Below are positions 9,349-18,019 of a stretch of 36,567 bases of DNA, piece by piece. The translations under genes and the position numbers were made by a program. The stretch covers positions 28,906,598 through 28,943,164 of the forward strand of contig NC_068991.1 of NCBI RefSeq assembly GCF_001194135.2, given 5' to 3'. This DNA is from Octopus bimaculoides. Lineage: Eukaryota. The notes beneath the pieces were generated by a model. That model worked only from the letters and a program-made list of their open reading frames with translations. It did no database searches and was not told where the DNA came from. Position 1 is the first letter of the stretch. Every line of letters begins with the position of its first letter.

Positions 9349-10878
9349 TTAATCCATTTTCTTCTTTTTTACACAACAACATCGATAACATTTTCGAATG
9401 ACAAATTTTACCAAACACAGTGAGACAATAAATACAGCCAGAAACACAGCATATATATCTAGCATGAGAAATTGGTAAAGTGGCATAGTTTGACAGGATG
9501 ATCTTAAGTAGTCTCCACCATATTTAATAACATGGTCTATATAGCGTGCACCTCTTGCAGCAGGACTCTCAGGACGAGAACGGAATATTTCACTTGCTTT
9601 TTTAATCTTGTTTTTATATTTGGGATTTACAATCAGTTCATTAATGGTTGAAACAAGCTCATCTTTAGTGTAATTAAACATATCCATAGAGATTCCATAT
9701 CCCTTTACTTGTATTCGACGTCCATTGTGAAACTGATCTGCAAAGACTGGAAAACCAAGCATAGGCACTCCATGGTAGAGAGCCTCAAACTGTCCATTAT
9801 TACCACAATGTGTAATAAAGAGTTTTGTTTTTGGATGACCCAAAAGATCATTTTGTGGTAGCCATTTTGTTAAGAAGATGTTTGATGCTATGGACTTTGG
9901 AGCTGGATGTTTCCAAATGACATCATATTTTATTTCTTTAAAAGCAATCTCCATCTTCTCTAAATGTCCTTCTGGGAAGGTGTCCAGAAAACTGCCAAAT
10001 GAAACAACAATGATTCCATGATTAGATTTTTCTACAAACTTATGTAGGTCCCCTTTCAATGGTGCTGCTGGTCGTGTTGCTGGGCCACCAATATGTTTAA
10101 CATTAGGAAGTGAAGGTGATGCAAATTCTAATAATACATCAGACTCATGAAGATATAAAGCAGCCTGATTCATCAACTTTTCAAAACTTATTTCAGGTTT
10201 CTCTGGAGCGTAAGCTTTAACACTTTTAGCAGGATTTCCCAATAGTGGGAGAAAATATGAAGGCACTGTCAAGATATGGTTTACCAATCTTTCATAGAAA
10301 TTCATTTGGTCTGTATAAAGTGTCAGCATGTTGGGAAAAACAGATGCATGCCATGGTATTCGAGTAACTGCCTGATGTTCTGCGCTTATTCCTTGGAATA
10401 CATATGGAATAGATAGCTTGTATGGTATAATGGTCAGACAGTTACTCATAAAAACATAATCTACAACAGCAATTGTAGCATTGACTGCTTTTAGCGACTG
10501 AAACCATTCCTGGTCCAGTAAAAAGCTGTCACAAATATCATGGATTTCTTGTGACATCATTTTCCAAGTTATATTAGAATTCTTTAAAAATTGTTGGGTT
10601 GATAATTTCTCAAAGTAGGCAATTCTTGGATTATTTTTCATGGGTATAATTTTTATCCCTTCAAAGGACTTGAAACGCTCAGCAAGTTTCTCTGTCATGG
10701 GGTAGTAACATGTATGAGAATATTTGCTCAATTCTTTAGCGACATAACTCATACCTTGTGCATGACTAAACAGTGGCCATGACAAAAACAAGATGTTGTC
10801 AGCTTCAGCAATTTTATTTGCAGTTATGAGAAACAGCCATACTATGCTGCTAGACATTTTCCACCACAACGCAGCCAT
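9349..10878 (-). CDS. UDP-glycosyltransferase (GT1, UDP-glucuronosyltransferase family), 509 aa, ER type I membrane protein, single coding exon
   Basis: Uninterrupted ORF. N-terminal signal peptide (probable cleavage AEA|DNIL); catalytic His39 (FSHAQ) and Asp140 (AVVDY); VVSFGS; 44-aa UGT signature W339-Q382 (WLPQNDLLGHPKTKLFITHCGNNGQFEALYHGVPMLGFPVFADQ); C-terminal TM helix IYAVFLAVFIVSLCLVKFVI; dilysine KKMD* ER-retrieval end. Confidence 0.97.
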   Translation of the reverse strand: MAALWWKMSSSIVWLFLITANKIAEADNILFLSWPLFSHAQGMSYVAKELSKYSHTCYYPMTEKLAERFKSFEGIKIIPMKNNPRIAYFEKLSTQQFLKNSNITWKMMSQEIHDICDSFLLDQEWFQSLKAVNATIAVVDYVFMSNCLTIIPYKLSIPYVFQGISAEHQAVTRIPWHASVFPNMLTLYTDQMNFYERLVNHILTVPSYFLPLLGNPAKSVKAYAPEKPEISFEKLMNQAALYLHESDVLLEFASPSLPNVKHIGGPATRPAAPLKGDLHKFVEKSNHGIIVVSFGSFLDTFPEGHLEKMEIAFKEIKYDVIWKHPAPKSIASNIFLTKWLPQNDLLGHPKTKLFITHCGNNGQFEALYHGVPMLGFPVFADQFHNGRRIQVKGYGISMDMFNYTKDELVSTINELIVNPKYKNKIKKASEIFRSRPESPAARGARYIDHVIKYGGDYLRSSCQTMPLYQFLMLDIYAVFLAVFIVSLCLVKFVIRKCYRCCCVKKKKMD

Positions 10879-10900
10879 TCAGGAAGAAAATCTTCAAATA

Positions 10901-10920
10901 CCTGAAAATAAAAAGAAATT
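10901..10920 (-). promoter_or_regulatory. 3' splice acceptor of the intron preceding the UGT coding exon
   Basis: Minus strand reads AATTTCTTTTTATTTTCAG|GTATTTGAAG. The exon starts at 10901, 23 nt before the ATG. Confidence 0.7.
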
Positions 10921-10924
10921 ATTA

Positions 10925-10959
<35 letters not shown>

Positions 10960-10965
10960 ATTATT
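10921..10965. repeat. (ATT)n microsatellite
   Basis: Direct reading. Confidence 0.95.
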
Positions 10966-11494
10966 GAGTGAGAGAGCAGTGCACGCCATCAAAGTGACGT
11001 ATACTCATTATGACTACTCGTCTGATACGGGTACACCAGACACATGCATTACAACCATATGTACACAACATGGTAATCTCATATCAAGATTAACAATGCA
11101 TGATCTTGCAGGTGGGGGCCTAGTCAGAATTTTCCTCAGGCCAATTAGCCCATCCTCCTCAAAAGGTCGCTGAATAAAGGTTGTTTAAGGATATTGAATG
11201 AAACACCCATGTTTCCAGAGGTGAATTACTCAAATCCCAAAGAATTCCTCTCAACACATGACCACGATGCTCCCCAACCTCTTCTGTTTGTGATCAGAGA
11301 TGCACATATCGTCAGCCATTAAGGGACATGCTCAACTCGGTAAGGTCAAACAACTGACAAGCAAATCTGTGGTACTGAGCAGAATATTTGCTGTAGTCAT
11401 CTTTTACACCAAGACGAAATAATATACAAGATAACACTTCCAATCAGTTAAGATCAGAAGCCATGGGAACCACTGCCTGGTACTGCATCAGGGT
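10966..11494. mobile_element. Unclassified ~530-bp interspersed repeat flanked by (ATT)n, copy 1
   Basis: GAGTGAGAGAGCAGTGCA...GGTACTGCATCAGGG; colinear with 11526-11976; (ATT)n on both sides; no coding motif or pol III boxes recognised. Confidence 0.75.
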
Positions 11495-11525
11495 ATTTAT
11501 CCTTATTATTATTATCATTATTATT

Positions 11526-11976
11526 GAGTGAGAGAGCAGTGCATGCCATCAAAGTGACACTGGGGTAAAATATACGAAGCCCAGTATAGCCATCATGATT
11601 ACCCATCTGATAAGGGTACACCAGACACATGCATTACAACCATATGTGCGTGACATGGTGATTTCATATCAATGTAAACAGCGCATGACCTTGCTGGTGG
11701 GACCCAGTTAGAATTTTCTTCAGGTTGATTAACCCATCCCGCTCAAAAGGTCCCTGAATAAGGGTTAAGGATGTTGAATGAAACACCCATGTTTCCAAAG
11801 GTGAATTATCCAAGCCCCAAAGAATTCATCTCAACACATGATGCTCCCCCCACTACTTCTGCTTGTGATCAGAGATGCACTTATTGTCAGCCACTATGGG
11901 ACATGCACAACTGGTTAAAGTCAAGCAAGTGACAAGCACATCTGTAGTATTGAGCAGAATATTTGCTGTAGCCCAT
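11526..11976. mobile_element. Unclassified (ATT)n-flanked repeat, copy 2 (right end lost at the HINE-like insertion)
   Basis: Diverged tandem copy of 10966-11494. It carries an extra segment ACTGGGGTAAAATATACGAAGCCCAG that is absent from copy 1. Confidence 0.75.
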
Positions 11977-11980
11977 TTAT

Positions 11981-12597
11981 TTATTACCTCTGCCTTAGCA
12001 AAAGCGGAGGTATTGTTTTCAGTAGTGTTTGTTTGTCTGTGGACAAGATATCTCAAGAACCACAGGATGGATTTGGATGAAACTTTCAGGGAAGTTTGTC
12101 TTCATGATTGGCATAAACTGATTAGATTTTGGATCAATCTGGTACAGGACAAGGATTCTGGATTATTTGTTATATTTACTTTACATGATTACAATCTTAC
12201 ATTAACTTTCAAGTCTTTCTCAATTATCTCCCTTTACGCTGTAACTATTTTGAATGGTNNNNNNNNNNCTTTCTCAATTATCTCCCTTTACGCTGTAACT
12301 ATTTTGAATGGTGAGTTTAACTTTGGCTTGTATTAGATAAGGATAAACTATTTATTACTGTTACTAAATTTTCTACAGCCACTTTCGCATTCCCTGACTA
12401 CCATTGGGATTGATCAGGTACTGCCATTTTTTTTTTACTTAATTTTTGAGAGCAATCAGGTTCAGTTTTAGTATTCTCGTTTGTGAGAGCAGTCGAGTTT
12501 ATTTCAGATATTCTCATTTTAAAAATCATCTCCAGCTAATCGCTGAGAGGGCATTAGTGTTGCCTTGGTGGAGGTTTGCGCTCTCTGAGTTCTCTTC
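11981..12597 (+). mobile_element. Non-autonomous HINE/DINE-1/pearl-like (Helentron-associated) element
   Basis: 5' TTATTACCTCTGCC..GCGGAGGT short hairpin, then TGTTTGTTTGTCTGT microsatellite; 3' GCCTTGGTGGAGGTTTGCGCTCTCTGAGT carries the inverted partner of the 5' motif. Confidence 0.55.
12259..12268. other. 10-N assembly gap with an identical 44-bp sequence on each side
   Basis: 12215-12258 equals 12269-12312, as expected for an unmerged contig overlap. Confidence 0.9.
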
Positions 12598-12944
12598 TTC
12601 TTATTATTATTCATGTGTAGAATTGACACTTGAATCATCACTGATAAGTTTTATCCAATTTTGCTTGTCTTTTACTGCTTTTGGCTGCTGAAATTGAAAT
12701 TATTGTTTGGTATCCAAGTATCTTCTGAAAGAGTTTCACCTCGTTTCAATCATGGAACAGATGGAAAACCTGTTCCAAAAACTTTCTCAGTCATATTTTT
12801 CAATCTATCCCTTTTCACAGCATGTCCAGCACTTGTTTAAAGAAAACATTGGGTGTAGGAGAAAATGTATCTGCTTTCTCGTGTTTAATTGACCCAAGGC
12901 ATAGTAGTCAAGCAAGTGTATTGGTTGCAAAGAAACTACAGACA

Positions 12945-13170
12945 ATAACACCATCACCAACTCCAACACCACCACCACTACCATCACCATCAACATGAAC
13001 AACAAGATTGCCAATAGCCAAAACAAGACCACTAACACCAGCATGACCCGTGACAACTCCAACAACAACAATAATGACATTAGCAAGAACAACATCAACA
13101 ACAATAACAGTAGTAACAAAACCAGCAGCAACAACAATAACAATAATATTATAACCATTAGCAGCAGTAT
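12945..13170. repeat. Low-complexity (CAA/ACC/AAT) repeat
   Basis: Degenerate trinucleotide runs; they generate the spurious poly-N and poly-L ORFs in the track. Confidence 0.9.
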
Positions 13171-13249
13171 AGGCATCAACAAAAGTGTTGACTGCTACAA
13201 CAGCATCTTCAGTAATGATATTTACAAAAACAGATCTTAAAAAAGAAAA

Positions 13250-15410
13250 TCAGAGAGGTGTCAGTTAGTTTTAGCAAGGAGATTGCTTTAGAAAACAACA
13301 GAATTGAAAATAAATTAGTTAGTAACTTAGAAGAGGCACATAAAAGTGGGATTGCAAATGACATGCTAGTGGTGAGAATGGCACTTGGCTATTTCTTTGA
13401 CATAAATCATGAAGGCTGTATTGTCTGAGCTAGGGTGTGTGCCTTGAAACATGAAGGCTCAAAAGCTGTTGGTTGGGCTCGAGTAATGGAAGCACAGCAT
13501 GGAAACAAATTTAGGATTTGCTCTGTGACAAACTGCAGTGGCCATGTGCATTTTCATTCCAAACAGATGAGTGAGGTGTTTTGGCAGCATTTCGCTGACT
13601 TCTTTTTGAAGAGTGGCATTCTTGACACAGTAGGCTTTGAGGCTTACCTTGAGGGTATGCTGCGCCTATCGGACAAGGATATCGAGTGCTGTGAGAAGCC
13701 AATTTCAGTGGAGGAAGATGTACTGGGCCACTGTGTGGGGCGCAAATCACCAAGGGTGAATGGTCTGCCTTATGAACTATATGCCCACATGTCTGAATTG
13801 TTTGCTCTCATTTTGGCTGCTGTCTATTACTCCTGGTAACAGACAGGAAGCATTCCCAGCTGTGGGAGCCAGGTGATGCTGCTGAGAAAGGATCCAAACA
13901 AAGAGAATGTGATTGAAACCTTCAGGCCCATAACTCTACTCAACACTGAGTTAAAAATTTTAGCTAAGTTGCTTACCAAGAGGCTGGCACTTGTTGCTGG
14001 TGGCATAGTTGGGGATGCACAAATCTGTGTGATCCCTGGTAGATCTATCCACAACAATCTCCACCTCATGTGATACAGCATAGAATGAGTTAGGAATAGA
14101 TTGGGTTTTGAAGGGGCACCAGTCAATTTGGACCAGTCCAAGCTTTTGACAGGGTGTATCAACTCAAGAACACTCATAACCAGGACAAGTCAGCAGGGCA
14201 ACAACTAGGCTCTTGGAGAGGCAAGTTGACTAATAGCGATTTCTGTCACCGGACAGAGGGTCCAGTGAAAGTGCTCAGAGTCTGGTTTGGACCAGATCTC
14301 CAGGTAGATAGGAACTGGAAAGAGGTCATGACTAGGGTGGCCAAGCTCACCCAAAAATGGGCAGAAAAGAAGCTGTCTCTCAAAGGCTAGGCAGAAGCAG
14401 CGAATGCATATATTACCTCAGTAGTGTACTACCAACCACCTAGCTGTCATACCTTGTTCTAAGAAAACTCAGACCAGATTGGAGCCTTGCTTTACTGGTT
14501 CTAGCGGAAGGGTCAGGTTTCACTGGTCAGAAAATCTATCTGCTGTCAACATCTGCCCTGTAGTGGTCTTTGGATGCCATTCTTGATGATGTGGTGCCGC
14601 TGTCAACCACCTTTTGATAAACACATGCCTTGGGGATGGTATACCTACAGAAATATCTGAATCACTGCGATGATGTAGATGTTGATGATGAAGATAAGGG
14701 TGAACTGGTGTAGGTGTCTTTTGTGCGACATGCCTTTCTGCAGTTCATCTCATTGACAGAGCTGCAGTCATTGGTCAAATATAGACAAAAATTTGGGCGT
14801 TTGACATATAGAATGTTGCCAGGTGCTCACTGCATTGTACCAGCTGCCCAAATGTATTAGTGGGAAAACAACCTAAGATTTCTATTGGGGGCTTGTTGAG
14901 GGTATGAGTGATGATGGCCTTGGATTGAATCTAGGCACTGATGAGAACAGGTTGAGTAGTCTCTTCTACAAGACCTTTGGGTTGAAGATCATGGACAATT
15001 TCCAAAAATCTTTGGCATGGTAGTGCTAGAGGTGCATTGCCCACTTGAGACAAGCTCTTCAGGCATGGAAGTGCCATCAGCCGAAACTGCCTGAGATACT
15101 TGTAGGAGGATGAAACTGTCCTGCATGCAATAATTCAGTGTCTGTACATTAGAGAGTTGTGGGATTGTGTAGAGCAGTTGTTGTCATGTGTAAGATGAAT
15201 TTAGCTGTCTGCCGAGTGTAATAGTGAAGCTCAACACACCACCTTCCCTTAGGAGAGAAGCAAGGCAGACCTTTCTCTGCTTAGCAGCTGTGGCAAAAAA
15301 GGCTGAGTGGTGGACCTGTCTGAAAGGTTTGAAGACAGACACATTCCTATCTGGTCAAACCCTCTTCAATTTCTTTAAATATCATTTGAAGAGGAAGGTG
15401 AAAGTACCAG
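13250..15410 (+). mobile_element. Tx1/L1-clade LINE, degenerate RT and C-terminal region
   Basis: CALKHEG..AVGWAR (same family as 3120-4580), KSPRVNGLPYELY, FRPITLLNTELKILAK, QICVIPGRSIHNNLHL, GPVKVLRVWFGPDL, and a CL..ETVLHAIIQC zinc-knuckle remnant. RT core deleted; many stops. Confidence 0.85.
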
Positions 15411-15485
15411 TTGAGTACTGGGGTTGATGTAATTGACTAGGCCCATCTCCCAAAATTCCAGGCCTTGTACCTATAATAGAAAAAA
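15402..15485 (+). mobile_element. SINE family A, 3' half
   Basis: AAGTACCAGTTGAGTACTGGGG...GGCCTTGTACCTATAATAGAAA plus an (ATT)n tail. Confidence 0.8.
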
Positions 15486-15507
15486 TATTATTATTATTAT
15501 TATTATT

Positions 15508-15730
15508 AAGGTGGTGACCTGGCAGAATTGTTAGCACATCATGCAAAATGCTTAGCAGCATTTCTTCCAGCTCTTTATGCTCTGAGTCCAAATTCCACTG
15601 AAGTCGACTTCGCTTTTCTTTCATCCTTTCAGTATTGATAAAATAAAGTAGTAGTTGAGTAGTGGAGTTGATGTAGTTGACTAACCCCTTCCTGTTAAAA
15701 TAGCTAGTTTTGTACCAAAATTAGAAACAA
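15508..15730 (+). mobile_element. SINE family A, full length, diverged
   Basis: AAGGTGGTGACCTGGCAGAATTGTTAGC...GTACCAAAATTAGAAAC. Confidence 0.85.
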
Positions 15731-15994
15731 TTATTTTCATTGTTGTTGTTGCTTTGTTTTATATGAAGTGTTCCATGTCTCACCCAGAAATCAGCCTCAA
15801 GAGACAACAAGTTAGACATCTTGTTGCAGGGGTTATTTATGACTAGCAATGATACATTTCAGGAAAAGAAGACTAAATATAGAGAATTGTGACTCCATTA
15901 AAATTTCATTATGCTGTCTGTGATTTTAAAAGATTCAAATATTCTCAGGTTGACAGTGTTTTTCCTTGTTTCTGCTTCTTCTAACTATTTTAGG

Positions 15995-16140
15995 GGAGTG
16001 GATTGGCAGAATTATTAGAGTGTTGGAAAACACATCCTGCAGTATTTGTTCTGGCTTTTTACATTTAAAGTTCAAATCCTGCTGATGTCAACTTTACCTT
16101 TTATCCTTTCTGGATCAGTAATAGTAAATATTGTTAGACA
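15995..16140 (+). mobile_element. SINE family A, degenerate 5' part
   Basis: TTGGCAGAATTATTAG...AAGTTCAAATCC...CAACTTTACCTTT. Confidence 0.6.
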
Positions 16141-16486
16141 AGTGCTAGAATTGATTTTTTAATAATAATAACAACAACAACAACAACAGATGCCCTTCCT
16201 AGTGCCAATCACTTTGCATAGAGATACAGATTAGGGAAGGTCATCTTGAGATCACAAATTAGGTCAAAAGTTAAGTGTTACATACAAAGTGAAGATAGAA
16301 GTTTTTGATCTGTGGAGAAAGTAAGTCTTGAGCTTAACCTTAGAATTGCCCAGAAAGATAGGTTGGAAGTTAGCGACAGATTCAATACTAAGAAAGTATT
16401 TAGTTAGCATTAATGATGTGTAGGGACACAATATTTTGTTATGCAACCATGATATACTATAAAGTATATTAAAAGTGTTTAATATA

Positions 16487-17036
16487 CAGGGTTATTCAAA
16501 AAGAATGAACCAATATCATTATGCAATATTTTAATAAGGAAAAGCAATAGAAAACTCCAGCTAAGTCACAAGTATTTACTCACAATCAACTTTTATTTCC
16601 TGTCTTACAAGTGTTCAATGTGGCCACCACTTGCAGCACGGGCATCATCAATGCGATAAGAGAATTCCTCCCAGATGCGTATCTGCTTGGCCTGCAAGAT
16701 CCTCAGACCGCACCATGTGTGATTTTTTCTTGTGGGGGTATGTAAAAGATCATGTTTATGTTCCACCACTACCCACTAACCTCAATGCCCTAAAACATCG
16801 AATAACAATAGTGATCAACTCAGTGGATCGTGATATGCTGATACGCATCTGGGAGGAATTCTCTTATTGCATTGATGTTGTCCATGCTGCAGGTGGTGGC
16901 CACATTGAACACTTGTAAGACAGGAAATAAAAGTTGATTGTGAGTAAATACTTGTGACTTAGCTGGAGTTTTCTATTGCTTTTCCTTATTAAAATATTGT
17001 GTAATGAAATTAGTTCATTCTTTTTGAATAACCCTG
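16487..17036. mobile_element. Tc1/mariner (rosa/DD41D-like) foldback derivative built from two 3' ends
   Basis: TA-CAGGGTTATTC...GAATAACCCTG-TA; ~196-bp inverted arms (16487-16682 / 16840-17036) include the transposase C-terminus. The centre reads WPARSSD.T.CDFFLWGYVKDHVY...GGGHIEHL*. Confidence 0.85.
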
Positions 17037-17107
17037 TACTTTGTAGTATATTATAGCTGCATAACAAAATATGGTGTCCCTACATGCAAGACAATATACA
17101 AAACATA

Positions 17108-17744
17108 ATAATGGTTTCAAGTTTTGAGACAAGGCCAACAATGTCGGTGGGTGGGGGGGATAAATTGATTACATCAACCCTAGCACTGAACTGGTACTTA
17201 TCTTATAAACCCTAAAAGGGTAAAAGGAAAGTCAACCGTGGCAGAATTTGAATTCAAGAATGTAAAGACAGATGAAATGCCACTAAGCATTTTACCCAGC
17301 ATACCAATGATTCTGCTAGCTCACCACCTTAATAATCATAATCATAATTATGATTATTAATAATAATCCCATCTAGTGTAGGCATAATGTCTGGAAGTTT
17401 TGAGGAGGAGGATAGTCAATTATATTCAACTGGTACTTGTCTTATTGACTCTGAAAGGATGAAAGGCAAAACTGACCGTGGCTAGCATTTTGTTTGGTGT
17501 GCTAATAATTCTGCCATCTCGCTGCCTTTTTAATAATAGTAATCATCCTTTCTACTATAAGCACAAAGCCTGAAATTCTGGGGGAGGGGACTAGTCAATC
17601 ACATAGACCTCAGTACTCAACTGGTACTTATCAATCCCTAGAGAATTTGACTTTATACTGCTACACATTTTGTCTGGTGTGGTAATGATTCTGCCTGTTT
17701 GCCACAATAATAATAATAATAATAATAATAACAATAATAATAAC

Positions 17745-17795
<51 letters not shown>

Positions 17796-17870
17796 CTTTT
17801 CTACTATAAGCACAAGGCCCAAAGTTTTGGGGGAGGGGACCCTAGTGTTTCACTGGTACTTATTCTTATC
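17108..17870 (-). mobile_element. Stack of four SINE family A copies (17108-17330, 17365-17530, 17545-17705, 17795-17870)
   Basis: Reverse-complement matches to the family A head, body and tail, separated by (AAT)n runs; some copies are internally deleted. Confidence 0.8.
17705..17795. repeat. (AAT)n microsatellite, about 30 units
   Basis: Direct reading. Confidence 0.95.
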
Positions 17871-18019
17871 TGTAAGTATGAAATCATGGAAAACTACACA
17901 GACTTTGAAAGTAAGAATGAATCTTTGAAAGCAGGGATGTAAGAATTTCATGCGGCATTATCCAGGGTAACTCTCTATCACTACTCCTCTTTTGTTTAAC
18001 CTTAATACTTTTTTCCATA

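Noticed and set aside
9349-10878. Bacterial horizontal origin for the intronless UGT
   Set aside because: The signal peptide, C-terminal TM helix, KKxx motif and animal-type signature are metazoan UGT features.
11440-11494. Resemblance to U2 snRNA (GCAGTACC, TAAGATCA) or a hammerhead (CTGATG) at the end of the 530-bp element
   Set aside because: Matches are 8 nt or shorter, out of order, and lack the Sm site, the branch-recognition sequence or the GAAA core.
12215-12312. Exact 44-bp duplication around 10 Ns
   Set aside because: Typical unmerged contig overlap, so an assembly artefact rather than biology.
12805-13240. Poly-Leu (minus) and poly-Asn (plus) ORFs resembling a membrane or low-complexity protein
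   Set aside because: They are translations of a CAA/AAT microsatellite, with no splice or domain support.
14939-14960. CTGATGAG hammerhead core-like motif
   Set aside because: It lies inside Tx1 coding remnants and has no stem II or GAAAC partner.
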